64,000 nucleotides of DNA from Lama glama (taxonomy: Eukaryota). The notes beneath the pieces were generated by a model. It ran no database searches. It had not been told where the DNA came from and was given only the letters and a program-made list of their open reading frames with translations. The translations under genes were made by a program, and so were the position numbers. Shown piece after piece: positions 40,273-53,770 of the stretch (position 1 is its first letter; each line of letters opens with the position of its first letter). Where the stretch lies: positions 16,618,001-16,682,000 of the forward strand of contig CM052817.1 in assembly GCA_028534125.1 (NCBI GenBank), written 5' to 3'.

Positions 40273-42248
40273 TGTCTTAGTCCATTCAGGCTGCTATAAC
40301 AGACTGCCATAGACTGGGTGGCTGACAGACAACAAACATTTATTTCTCAGAGTTCTAGAGGCTGGGAGTCCAAGGTCAAGGTGCTTGCAGATTGCTGAGA
40401 GCCTGCTTCCTGGTTCCTAGAGGGCCATCATTTTGCTGTACCCTCACATGGTGGAAGGGAAGAGGGTCTCTTTTGTATAAGGGCACTAATGCCACTGATG
40501 AGGGCTCCACCCTCATGACCTAATCACCTCCCAGAGGCCCACCTCCTAATACCATTACACTGGGGCTGAGGTGTCAAAATATGAATTTGGGGGGGACACA
40601 TTCAGTCTAAGGCATTCCACCCTTGACCTCCTCCCCCAAATTCATGTTCTCCTCACATGCAAAATACACTTACTCTATCTCCACCACCCCTGAAGATGAA
40701 CTGATTCCAGCATCAACTCTAAAGTCTACAGTCCAAAGCCCCATTTAAATATTATCTAAATCAGGCATGGGTGAGACTCGAGGTGAGACGCACCCCGAGG
40801 CAAACTCCTCTCCAGCTGTGAACCTTTGAAACTGAGCAAGTGATGTGCTTCCAAACTGCAAAGGTGGGAGACACATAGGATAGGCCATCTCATTCCAAAA
40901 GGGAGAGCTAGGAAAGGAAGGGGCGACAGGTCTCGTCAGCGCCAAACCTAAGGAGCTCAAGACTAATCCTCTCTGGCTCGATGCTCTGCCTTCCAGGCCC
41001 ACTGGCAACATCACCCCCAAGACCTGGCAGGACAGCCCTGCAGTGGCTCTGTCCTGGGGCCCTGCAGCTCTGCTGGGCTGGGGTCTCAGGCCTGCGGCTT
41101 TAGAAGGCCCCCTCCTCTGTAATCCAGGGGGAGGCAGCCTGTCCCGCAGGGCTCACACCAGGCCTGCAGTGGGACTGGCAGCCTAGTTCATCTCTGAATT
41201 ACCTTCAGGGTTGTTCTTCCCTGGTCCTGAAGAACATGTGTCTGAGCCACACTGACCTCCTTATCAAGTGGCCATTTGACCAATACCCACAGTGTTCTCA
41301 AGTTTTTGCAATACAGACAGGCTGAGAATTTTCCAAATCTTTAAATTCTCATTCATTTTTGCTGAACAACTCCATCTTCAAGTCATCTCTCTTTTCTCAT
41401 TTTAGAAGCAGTCAAGAAAAACCAGGCTGCTCCCTCAATCCTTTGCTTAGAAATTTCCTCAGCTACATACCCATTTTCATTGCTCACAAACTCTACCTTC
41501 CATAAAACCATAGAACTTGAACACACTTCAGCCAAGTTCTTTGCCACTTTAGAACAACGATGACCTTTGCCCCAGTGTCCATTACACGTTTCCATCTGAG
41601 GCCTCATCAGAATGGCCCTTATCGTCTGTATTGTTACCAACATTCCGTTCAGGATGACTTACGGATTCTCCAAGGAGATGGAGGCTTTCTCTACAGCTCT
41701 CCTCTTTGCTTCCTGAGCGCTCACCAGAACTGCCTTTAAAAGTCCCGTCACAGCAGTGTTGTGAAGGACCACTGGCTTTTTCCCGCACACACCTCAAAAC
41801 TCTCCCAGCCTCCACCCCCTACCCAGTTCCAAAGCTGCTTCCACATTTTTAGGTACTTGTCATAGCAGCATCCCACTCCTCAGTATCAATTCCTGTCTTA
41901 GTCTGTTTAGGCTGCCATAACAGAATACCACAGAGTAGCTTATAAACAAGCATTTAGTTCTCACAATTCTGGAGGCTGGGAAATTTAAGAGCAAGGTGTT
42001 AGCAGATTTATTGTCCATAAGGGCCCAATTCCTGGTTCATAGTCAGCTGTCTTCTCACTGTGTCCTCATAGGGCAGAGGGGGCAAAAGAACTTACTGGGG
42101 TCTCTTTTATGAAGGCAGTAGTCCCCTTGATGAAGGCTCCACCCTCATGACCTAATCACCTCCCAAAGGCCCCAACCTGCTAATATCATCACATTTCAGA
42201 TTAGGTTTCAACATACAAATTTTGGGGGATCACATTCAGTCTATAATA
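40273..42248 (-). mobile_element. MaLR provirus remnant: LTR (40273-40614) + internal region (40615-41893) + LTR (41894-42248), MLT1A-like
   Basis: Two homologous LTRs, each starting tgtcttagtc..ttcaggctgc-like and ending cacattcagtcta; internal ends ttccacccttgacc...cccaaattcatg and cccactcctcagtatcaattcc typical of MaLR-int. Confidence 0.88.
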
Positions 42249-42841
42249 AAAATAAAAAATTATCTTGTAGACAGGTCAGCTATGAATGGTTGCCCAGCCC
42301 ACGCACTGCACAACTCCAATTCTAGGGGTCTCTGTCCTCACAATGTGAAGATACAGTACAATGATCACTGTTGATATAACTCTCTGAAGAGCTTTAAAAG
42401 TACAATCCCCAGTGATAGTTGGTATGGTTACAATTCTTAAACAGTGACTCGCTATTGGCCAGAGTTCTGGGAGGATCAGATGGAAGAATTAATAGGAAGG
42501 GGATGCTAGCCGTTCCTTGCCCCCAGTCCTTGCGTACTGATGCAAACAGCATGTGGAGGGAGAGGTCAGCACCAAGAATCATTTATTAAACATTCATCTG
42601 GACCAGTGTTGTGCTGCGAGACTTAATAAACAAGGTCCTGCCTATCTTTTCTTTACTCTTCCTGTTGGCTTTCTCCACATCCTCTCCAACTGTCCCCTGA
42701 CCTTTTGAAATACCCTTGATAAAATTAGACAAAAGAGCTTAAAAAGGCTCCAAGTAGGCAACTCTATTGCATATACCAAAGGTCAAATTCCTAGACCTGT
42801 ATGACAAATCCAGTTCCAGCTTTAAGCAAAAGAATTTACTT

Positions 42842-42881
42842 AAAACAAAACAAAACAAAACAAAACAAAACAAAACAAAAA
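42842..42881 (+). repeat. (AAAAC)n microsatellite
   Basis: About 8 tandem AAAAC units. Confidence 0.9.
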
Positions 42882-43079
42882 CAGCAGTTTTCATTCTCTT
42901 CTTCCCAGGCTCTGGAGATCACGATGCACACACTCATTAGAATGTGTATCAGTGTTTCCCAGTTAACAAGAACCCAGTTTGGGCCAAACAACATGCTAGA
43001 AGCTTTTCTTACACATGATAACCCCAGTGGATTTTCACTACACTGGAGTAAATTTGGAATAAATAGCAAAGCCCTTATG

Positions 43080-43330
43080 AGAGCTCATGCATGAGCTGCC
43101 CCACCAGCCTCCTGACCCCACCACCTCCAACCTCCTCCCTTGATTCCTGGCCACGCTGGCTCCTCTTCAGTGCCTCGAGCACACGTTGCTCCTGCCAGCC
43201 TCTCAGCCTTTGTACTTGCTCTGCCCACAGGTCTGTCCAGAACCCACTTCTTTTGTCTCTTTCAGCTCTCAAGTCAAATGTCACCTCCTCTGCGAAGTCT
43301 TCCCTGGAAACCATCGCTGAAGCTGTTTAC
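43080..43330 (+). mobile_element. L2 fragment
   Basis: ctctcaagtcaaatgtcacctcctctgcgaagtcttccctg. Confidence 0.6.
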
Positions 43331-44211
43331 CTTCAAGTGCCCCACTCTTCATCATACTTACGGAAATCACCTCGTTCATCTGTTCCTCCCCTCCCCGAGG
43401 TCAGCAATACCGCAGGAACCTCACGCGTCACATGCACTGAAACACACCAGCACCCGCGGGAGCGTCTGGCTAGCTGTAGGGAGCCCTCATATACATCTTA
43501 AATACAGGAAGCCTCTCGTTTGCTGCTTCCCACCACTGTGGGAGGCAGACACTGCCCTGCCCTCTTCATGGGGGTAGCCCTCGGAGAGGCAGACGCAGGG
43601 GTCTGAAGCCATGTCTCTGTGCCCTGTGCTCAGGCTGAGATCTGAGACTGCAGTGTCTCCTCGCCCTTAACCTGCAGAGCAGGCACATCTGTCCTAGGTG
43701 CTTACACACATTAACCCAGTAAGACCAACCAGCACCCTGTTGTGATCCCCGTTGTCAGATGAGAGACTGAGACATGGAGAGGTAAAGGCCCACGTCACCG
43801 ACCTTACCCTGGCAGGGCTGGTGACAGTTCTGCAGCTGTTGCCCCGCTGCCTCCCTCCACACCAGGACAGCACTCACTGCCTGGCGCTCCCCTATGGAGT
43901 GTGTTCTGCATTACGTGCTGTATGTAACTCCCCGCATCGAATCCTCACTGAAGGCGGGTGCACTGGCCCCCGTGTCGTGCCTCTGTCACCCCAGGCTCCC
44001 TTGCTCAGGGTCTCTGCACCTCATCCCCCAGCTATTTGACTGCCTCCCACCTCAATGCCTTCATGCCTCTGAAAGAAAGACACGTGAACAGCAATGCCTT
44101 CCCTGACCACCCAATGTAAGTAGTCCCTGCCAGCTGGCCTGACTGCGCTCCTCAGCCCCCTGGTCTGCTGTCGCTTGTTTACTTAGCACTTAACACCTTC
44201 TGATATATTAT

Positions 44212-44385
44212 TCCGTATTTCATCAAATGTAAGACTCTATCAACTCTAGGATCCACCATTATGCACCTCTAAAAAGACCAAAAAGTACCAAACATACATG
44301 ATACCAGAGCCTAGACACCATGACACCGTGATCAGAGATGTTCAAATGTGAAAAACTGTGCTTTGCAGAATCTGCGAAATAAGAT
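44212..44385. mobile_element. TcMar-Tc2 MITE (MER104-like)
   Basis: ccgtatttcatcaaatgtaaga ... gcagaatctgcgaaataag, degenerate inverted ends. Confidence 0.5.
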
Positions 44386-46389
44386 ATATTGATTTGTCTA
44401 TTTGCTTACTGCCCATCTGTCCCCACTAGAATAGAAGCCCCACGAGAGCAGGGACTCATTGGTTTTGTTTACTATCCTGTTCCCAGACCATAGGGTCAGG
44501 TCTTCAGTAAAGATGTGTTGAAATGAATTGAACCGAACCACCCTCCATGAGGCAAGTACTACTGTTATCTCATTGTAGAGATGAGAACAGCTGAGACACA
44601 GAGAAGTCAAGCATCTGGTCCAAGATCACACACTGTCTGAAGAAGCCCCTGAATTAACTTCAGACAGTTCAGAACACATGGCTTCCAGAGAGACAACCTT
44701 TACAGAGTCGCACCAAGCAGTTTTAAAGCTGCTTCAATGTGTTTTTATTTTAGTATGATTTGGGTACGGTGTACCATAAAATAAGTCTTGGGCAGAGCTA
44801 TCTTTCAGAATCAGTTCTCTACAAAGTGTAATTACAACACGTGGTCTAGGGGATGAATGTCCAAGACCACACTGTTTTGGTTGCATGGTCCACCCGGGCA
44901 ATCAGTTCACATAAGCCAGAACAGGCTCAAATATGGTCTCTGAGACCACATGAATTTGTTTAATTCATCTGACAATAAAACGTGAGGAAATGCTCAACTG
45001 GTCTGGCTGCTTGTTGAACTAGCTGTATCACCTAGGTTCACCACCGAGATCCCAGTTAGAGTAAGATCTGATGGAGTGGGTGAAGGGCCCTTATCGCTCA
45101 TTTTAATGCTTTGCAATTAATTTCCATAACGCCTCAAGGTGAGAGCTTTTCACTGAAGTGCCCTCTTCATGTGGGTTTCCTACAGGTTAGGACATCTCCT
45201 TTGAAGCAGAAAGAGGAACTGTTTACAAAGATCCTTGATCCCTCACTCTGGACCGTTACAAACATCTACGGCTGAACACTCTTTTTTGCTCTTTCTCTCT
45301 CTCTCTCTTTTTTTTTAAACAAAGTATACTTAAGTTAGTCACCTGCATGCTCATTGGTCTGTCTTTACTGGCTCGTGGCTTTGACTTAATTGGTTTGCTG
45401 GATGAATCCATCCCAAAGTTCCCTGTCAATAGAGGTACATTCATAGAAGGGGTCTATCATTTTACGGTGCCAACATCCGATAAAGACCGTCAGCTGGTGT
45501 AACATAAAGATCGCCATCAAGGGCAAACCCCGTGTTTATGCACTATCACAGGCAGTTACATTTAAATTGGCCAGCAGGGGCCCAGGAACTGTGACTGCCT
45601 GACCCTGTTAGGAGCACTTGTGCCCCCGAAGTTCCTCGCTTGTAAGTACTCTCATTGCATTATTTTCTTCTGCCCTTAAAGCGCCATAATCTGTAAAATG
45701 AAGAAAGATACAAGCAAATGGACAAGAAAACCATTTGGGATGGGAACATGAGATGCCGCTGCTGATGCACCCGATTTAGACGATTATTCCACAAGGGCCA
45801 CACAAAATGCCAGGAAGCTTCTGGGAGTTCAGCACCAAAGTAATAATGTTTGGGGTGGTGATAAGGATGGCTGAGTTTGGGGGATCCGTTTGCCAGGTAC
45901 TAGACTTCTCACCCCAATCTCTGTCTCTACGGGGAGGTACATATCCACCTGGCTCACTGGAAACAGTCTATCAACAGAAAGGGAGACCTTGAGATTCCTG
46001 GTGGGATTCCGGCACAAGAGGACTCTAAGCCAATCTGGGCCCAGGTTGTGCTAAATATACCAGCAGTGTTTACCCTTTATGGAGTGCTTACTGGGTGCCA
46101 GGCACTGTGCTACACGTCTTATAAACATCATATTTCACGCGCGCACACACACACACACCCCTCAATCATTAAATCTCATCATCAGCTTTCTTGTCTTCCC
46201 AGCACTAACCACTGTTTGATGATCTTATTCAAGTATTTTATTTGCTTACTCTCTGCCTCCCCGACTAGACTATAAACTCTGTGAGAATGGGTAACCTGTC
46301 TTTTTCATTCCTTGATGTAGCCACACCTCTTAGAACATTCATCAGCACACAGTAAGTCCCCAGTTACGTACTGATATATAAACGATGAC

Positions 46390-46530
46390 ATCTGACAGCA
46401 ATTCTATGTGAGGGATTATTACTCCCATTTTACAGATGAGGAAACTGAGGTCTCAAGAGACACATGACTTGCTCAAGGTCACACGGATAATAACTGGCAG
46501 AGCCAGACTATACACCTGGGTCTAGCAGTT
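46390..46530 (-). mobile_element. MIR SINE
   Basis: cccattttacagatgaggaaactgagg...gacttgctcaaggtcacac. Confidence 0.85.
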
Positions 46531-49500
46531 TCCAAAGGTGGACCTCCTGGACCAGTCTAGACTACATCACTTGGCAGTGGGAGGCTGGAGCTGGCTTCTT
46601 CTGGAGTGCTAAGCTTTCTAACTCCCAGTTTAGTGACTTCACTTTGCTAGCCTGATATTTAAATGTCACGGCTTCAGTATTTATACCATGGAAATGGGCA
46701 AAGGTCTACCGGCCAGGCTTCTTCTTCAGAAGAGCTCGTTCCCCAGCTCACCTCTGGATGTCTGTAATTCAAGTGTGGGCTGCTAGTTTTGCTGATTGCC
46801 TCTTACTGAACCTTAAATTCTCAGAGACCTCCTTCCTCCTCCTGGTCCCCTTTCCCGGAAGCATTCTTCTCTTAATGCCCAGAAGAGGAAGCCGGCATAC
46901 CTCAGGGGCAGACAGCAGGGCTGCAGTTCTCTCTGGGGGCTGCTTTCCAGACCTGGGGCCCCAGCACTGTCTAGGTCTTTCCGAGTAATTGGTCCTTACT
47001 TCTCCCGGCCTGAGAACCCCAGGTAATCCACGCTAGTGAAGAGCTTTTCCCTGGGTGATTTGTGCAGATGAGTCCTCCCTCCCCCACAGGCCTTCTCTTC
47101 CCTCGTTAACCTTCCAGAGCCATAATCACCAGGGAAGGGGAGCGTGCTGGCTAGGTTTCCCGTTTCACACCTCTCGTCTGGCTTGGACTGGGGCTTTATG
47201 TCTGTCCGGGAGCCCTGAGAAGTGCTCGGGCACTGTTGGGGGAGATAATAGGTGATGGTGATCATGGAATCCCACCCTCCACCTTCAACCCCGTGTGAGT
47301 GCTAAGCTGCTTGTAAGCCAGGGTGGCAACAAATCCTTCAAGAAGCTGTTGGAAAATGCTTTATGGCACATAAGGTGACAAGGCTCTAGCTGAACAAATG
47401 GAAAAATTAGTCTACCTTAAAGTACCCAAGGCAAGTAATTTCCTATCACCTTGTTTCTTAAATGTACTTAACACCTAGAATCTGGACTTCCCCAAATACG
47501 GCTAAGGGTCATCAGTTAAAATGGCAACTTGGAGATGAAAAAGAAACTTCCACTTTAATAGTTGCTCATAAAATCATGCCATCAGCCCTTCTGTTTGGAA
47601 TAGGGGGAGTTAGGAAACCAACAACATCAATTATTAAGTATTTCTGAATTTAAGGGGCTTGAGTCAGCCTATGAGCCAGACCCTTCCCCAACGTCCACCA
47701 GTGCTCAGCATCAGATATCCTGACCTCGCCACAGCGGCTGCCAAGTTCTCACACCTTCGGTTTGGTTTTGTTCTGTTTTCTCTTGGATGGAATGGTTTGC
47801 TCTGCTTGCTCCTTTCTCCAGATTTCTAAACGACTCCTTACCCCACAAAGAGAGTTACTGATGACAACCAGAGAGGCAGTCTGTCTGCTATTTTCTTTTA
47901 TTCTTCCCTTTCCTTTTTCTTTTCCTCTTTCTTGAACTTTTTTGCTCTTTTTTACATTCATTTTATTCATTCACTCATTCGTTTGTTGATTCTATTCCAT
48001 TCCTTCAATAAAGATCTATTAATTAATGTCTATATATCATGAACTAAGAATGCTAATTCCTACAGATACAGGAATTCAGCCTACAAAGAGTTTGCCCTTG
48101 GGGTGGGGTGCCACACAAGTAGAAGAAGTTGGGAAAGAGTAGGGCACTGTAGGTGTGTGAAGGACCTGCCCCTATGAGTTGGAGAAGGCTACATTTTACC
48201 TATGACCTGAAAGGAGACCAGGAGTTTGCAGGAGAAGTAAAGGGGAAGAGTGTTCCAGGCAGCAGACAGCAGGTGCAAAGGCCCTGAGGCATAAGGCAGT
48301 ATGGTTCACAAAGGGGCTGAAATTAGCACTGCAGGACTGCAGTGTGAGGTGACTAATGGCAAGAGATGTGGCTGGAGAAATTAGGAGGGCCACATAATGT
48401 AGGGCCTAGCACACCATGGCAAGGAGGTGGGGGTGAGATTCAGAAGGCAATGGAAAGGTTGGAGCTGCGAGGGTCACGATGAATAAAAAAGCAAATGGAG
48501 GGTTAACCCATTCTCCACCACTCAGTCACAGCCACCCTTGAACAGAGCCTCTGAGTTTCTCAAGAAGGCTGGTGTCATTATCGAATGAGTAATCTGGCCT
48601 TAATGTTGATGACTGGGGGTGCGGGTGGGGGGAGGATGACCGTGACTCATAGGGGGCTGAAAATAAACCAGCCCTATGACTTTAGATGCAAATGAGAATA
48701 AATGGAATCTCTGGGGCTCACGGCAGTTGGTCTTTTTGGAGGAGGAGAGGCTGAGATTGAGATACAGGGTCTGTTGAATATTATAACATCTTCCCTGCAC
48801 CTTTTGGCAGGCAAATTACTTCACAGGCCATGAACATGAGTCACTAAATTTTAAACCTTGGGTGAGAAAACCAAGTTTGATAAATGCATCCAGCTACTGG
48901 AATAAAGACCCACGGCGCAAGCAAATCATGAAGTTCCGACAGTGCCAATGCAAAAACAGCCCCAGACCTGTGCTTAGTGCTACACATACACTCACAAACA
49001 CACATGCACACACGCCCTCCCCATCTTGCCTTGGAATATCAGTTGCAAATGTCAATTCCTAAAATATCTCATGCCTAAAAGGCGATACAATTAAAAGTGA
49101 CCCAAAGACACAGCAGAGATATGTTTAGGAAAGTTGGAGATGGGGCAGGGGGGTGTGGTGGCTCAGAAAACAAAAAAAAAGAAAAGAATGAAAAAACATC
49201 AGTCAGTGACGAAGACCCCCATGAATCCAAAAATCACATTTCAAAATGTTTTCAGTATTTTGTGGATTTATATCATCTCCAAAATTCCTGCAGCATCTTT
49301 ATGGGTTTAAAGGAAATAACTACACATACTTCATTTTATTATCTAGAAAAACTTGCCCTGTTGTGATCACTTGAGAAAGTGACTAAGAAGGCCTGTCCTT
49401 TAATTACTGACCGGATACCTAGGTTACAGAGCTCAAATCCTTTTAACGATGCATAAAACCACATGAGAGGCCCGATTAGCGTGTCCAGCGTTAATTAGCA

Positions 49501-50642
49501 CCTTTCTTTGGCATTCTTGCCCACCCCCTAATTCATGACTGAGAACAGTAGAGCCTAATTTTTTGAATATATTATGTTAAATCCAAGAGGGTTTTTTTTT
49601 CTTAATTTAAAGCAGACTAAGTGTAGAAGAGGCACATTAAAAAAGAACTTCCCAGTATGCCCCCAGATCGAACCTCTTAAGCCAGCAGTAAGAACATACC
49701 CCTCTCTGTGCTTTGTCATGGAGGAGTTCTCTGGATAAACCAGACACTTCCATGCACTTTTTTTTTTTTTAAGAGTGAGCATCTTTCAAAATGGCGCCTT
49801 CCAATAACCAACAACTCCCAGAAACAACGAATGACCCCATCATTTGTCAAAGAATTCGGTGCCATTCAAAAGACATCTCCCAAGAAAGCACCTCCTCCCT
49901 GCCATGTAGTTTTCTTGAGTCAAACTTCAACGGCCATCCCTGTTGAGAAAAGTGCCTCTGGCAAGAAGTTGAAATTGAATCTAACTTGGCAAAATGAGAA
50001 ATTATTTGGGGAGGGGGGCGGAACTAAACTTCGGTAGTTATTCTTCTCGATTGTACTTTTGTTCACAGCTTCAGCTGGGAGAGAGAGTGCACACATTTAG
50101 TTGGGAGTTTATGAGTTCATATTTTATAATTAACGTTGCCAACAGGGGAGTTTGATTAATACCAAGCAGTGGATTTTGAGCAATGTTCCATACAAATTGC
50201 CAAATTTAGCAATAAAATAAATTGGTTATGTGAACATAATTAGTAGGATGACTACTTAAAATTCAAAACCGAATGTGAATAATTCCAAATCATCTGAGCC
50301 ACAAATCCATTATTTGTATAGAAGGGAGAAAGTATAGCACTTGGGTTTTATTTTGCCCTCAACCACAATGTTATTCACCACCAAGCTGAACATAATGAAA
50401 CGTCTACAATGGGTTGTGACAATATTTTAGAGCAACCCAGAAACACACACAGACGCCTGCGCACACACACACACAAAGGGAATGCAATAAAGATAAGAAA
50501 TGCTAAACTGAATTTTCATTGCAAATGTAAAAATCTATAACAAAATTTTCAGCAAATGCTGCATTACATTTTTTTCTGATGCGCCACACATAAACCTCTG
50601 GCACAAAATTATTCAGGAGAGCTTTTTGCTTTTAAATATTCA

Positions 50643-50765
<123 letters not shown>

Positions 50766-52049
50766 TCAACACATTTTGAAATACAATCAGAAACCGAGGA
50801 GTAGAGAAATGTGTGGCTTTATCAGGCTCATGGCGGCTGGCATCCAAGTCCAGCTGAACCACATAAAGCCCATTAGAGTATGTGCATATATGAACAGCAA
50901 GTGTGCAAATCACACCACTACAACTGCATGGCGAGAAACAGAGTTGGCCATGAACTTCAGTTTGGGGATGTTTTTGTTTCCAGAATGAATCACAGACAGG
51001 TGATGGAGGAGTTGATCATATTCAACTTAAAAAAAAAAATTAAGGGCTCTTCACTTAAACTCTTGAAAGTGGACACAGAGTTCAATTCTAACATTTGGGC
51101 CAATAATATAGGAAAGGTTTCATTTTCCTGTTTGTGTGTTTTTTTTCCTTCAAATAGATCTTGTTTCATGAATGTGTCTTTGCCACCCCAATGTCCAGAA
51201 TTTTGATCACAGAGGAGGCAGCCAGAGAAGAGACCAGTGAGGTGTCAGGACTTCAGGAATCAGGATCCAGAGGGAATTCAACAGTCTCCTGGGCTGGTTT
51301 TCTCACCTCCTTCTTCCCCTGTTCTAGTTCCCATAGTACCGAACGAGCAGGGTGAGCACCTTCCAGTCCCATCTTCATGGTGTCATCCCTTTCTTAAGAT
51401 CTCCTTCTGCTCAGACCACATCCCCTGGCCCATGTGGGCAGTTACCCACCAGGCAATGCCCCCACCTCAGTCCAGCTTCACCTACACATCACGGCCGTCT
51501 CCCCAGAGCACGTGAGCACCCTTTACCACCCTCCCACCCCTTCTCGGGTTCCCTGAACCTGAATTTGCTTATGCTGCCAAACTGTAGACATGCTTTGATC
51601 CACTCAAGCCTGTAGCTTACTATTCCACTTCACCTCCCATGGCATCTTTTCCATACTACCTGAATTCTGCTTATTTGCTCTAATTCTTCCCTTGCTTATT
51701 GTGCTCTTATCTAACCTCAGCATGAAGAAATGAGTTATCGAAAGGCAGAGATGCTTTCTCCTCCCTCCTCAGCACCTGCGTACACTGCTCCAGGAAGTGC
51801 TCATGTTCCAGCAACTGTTTTAAAGACTCAAGATGAATAAGTGAAGGAAGGAAGCAGGGAGGGAAGCCAGCAAGCAACTGGAATCTGACTCCTGAAAAGG
51901 AAACTTTCAGAAACAGTCCTACGGGGGAATTCTGAAGTCATCTTTTAGACTCCCTTCATGTAATAGCTGAAGAAACCCAAATCCAGAGGCATTACAGACA
52001 AGTGCAGCTGGAGGGGCTAAACCTCCAAAGACTTCAATGCTAATGCCTT

Positions 52050-52680
52050 CAGGAATACTCAGTCATGTTAGGTGATCAAGGGGAATACAAGCGAAAGAAT
52101 ATAAAGGTTATACCTTGGCTTATCCTTGACTCCTCGCTTTATCTCATCTCCCACGTCCCATCCACCGGGATACTCAGTGTCTCCACGGTCTAGGCAGCCC
52201 CCCCCATTCAGCTCCCCCCAAGCCCGGCTGTTCCCCACATACACCAGGCGTGAGCCCGTCTCAACGCTGCTCTCTCTCACTGTTCTCCCCCTCCAGAATT
52301 GGAACGCTCTCTCTGCAGAACACCTCTTGGCTCACTCCCTTGCCTTTTCCAGGTCTTTGTTCAAAGCTCACCGTTTGAAAGGGGCTCACCTGGGCCACTC
52401 TGTCTCCTACTGCAACCTGCCCACCTCCCCTCTGAACTCCCAGCCCCCTTCCCCTACCCTACTTTTTATTTCCATAGAACTTGCCATCTTTTCACACACT
52501 ATGTGATTTACTTTATGGTTTATTGCCATATGTTTACATATGTTTATTGCTTACTGTTTATCTCCCCTCTCTCTTCTTACTAAGACGGAAGTTCCATGAA
52601 GGGTGAGGAACTTTGTTCTCTCTACGGTCTACCTCAAGCACCTAGTGGATACTCCATAAGTATTTCTTAAATGAAGCATA
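52050..52680 (+). mobile_element. L2 fragment (3' region)
   Basis: tccttgactcctc...tggaacgctctc...ggaagttccatgaagggtgaggaactttg. Confidence 0.55.
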
Positions 52681-53419
52681 ATATGCTGAGTCTGGGAGCT
52701 GTGGTCTCAAACTAGGGCAGTATCTGAAATAATAAAATACTGAAACGAGTGCCTGACACACAGCCTTGCATAGAAACCCCACTCATCTCTGTTAGCTGAA
52801 TTTAACCGCGCCTGATTCCCACTCACTTACTTCTGAATGTTACTCAGTAACGTGATCCAATTCTCAGCCACTTATTTGCAAAGCTCATATCTTGTAATAG
52901 CTGTGTTCTAATTCTCCTAGATTTCCATTCTCACAGATACAAATTTGGTGAAGGATGAGGAAAGCTAATCCCCATTTTATAGGCAGGAAAGCAAAGAGAC
53001 AAGAGACACTGTGATCAACTGACTATTTTGGCAGTTTCTCCCAAAGGAATCAGATAGACTAAGTTGGAACCAGACAGACTAAGCTGGAGTCAGAAGACTA
53101 AGGTGGATCCCATTCTGCCTCTTCCTGGGCTGGGTGAGCTTGGGTGAGTTTCTTAACTTCTTGAGTTTCCCCACCTGTTAAATGAAGCTAATCATACACA
53201 CTTCATGTGGTGATTTGACACTTCAGTTGCATAATGAACACAGGACAGACACCTACCACAGTGCTTGGTATGCAGCAGGCACTAGTTAAAGGCTGGTCAC
53301 CTCCCCTTGACTCTGCCCTTCCAGGAGCTTCAACTCAGTCACTCATTGGACAGTGACTGGCCGCACGGCTCCTTGGACACAGCCAGCTCCTTGCCATCCT
53401 GCCCTTTGCTTATTCATCC

Positions 53420-53770
53420 TTTCACTTAAACCACAAATATTTATTGGGTGCCTGTTACATGTCAGGCACTGTTTTAGACTCTGGAGATACAGCAGTGAGC
53501 AATACAGACAAAGCCTCTTGCCTTAGTAAACTCACATTCTAATAGATGATATTATGTTCATTACATTACATTATAATAAAATGAACAATGACCCAGGAGT
53601 TGGGTAATAAGTGCTATGGAGAAACTAAAGCAGGCAAAGCAGTGAGCGTGTGCCGGGGTAGAGGCCATAGAAGGCATCACTGGGGAGGCCACATGCAAAC
53701 CAAGACTTGAAAAAGGAGAGAGAGTGAGCGTGAGCCTTGGGGATATCCCAGGGCAAGTTCCAGGTGGGGG
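53420..53770 (-). mobile_element. L2 3' end
   Basis: caaatatttattgggtgcctgttacatgtcaggcactgttttag...ggagatacagcagtgagcaa. Confidence 0.7.
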
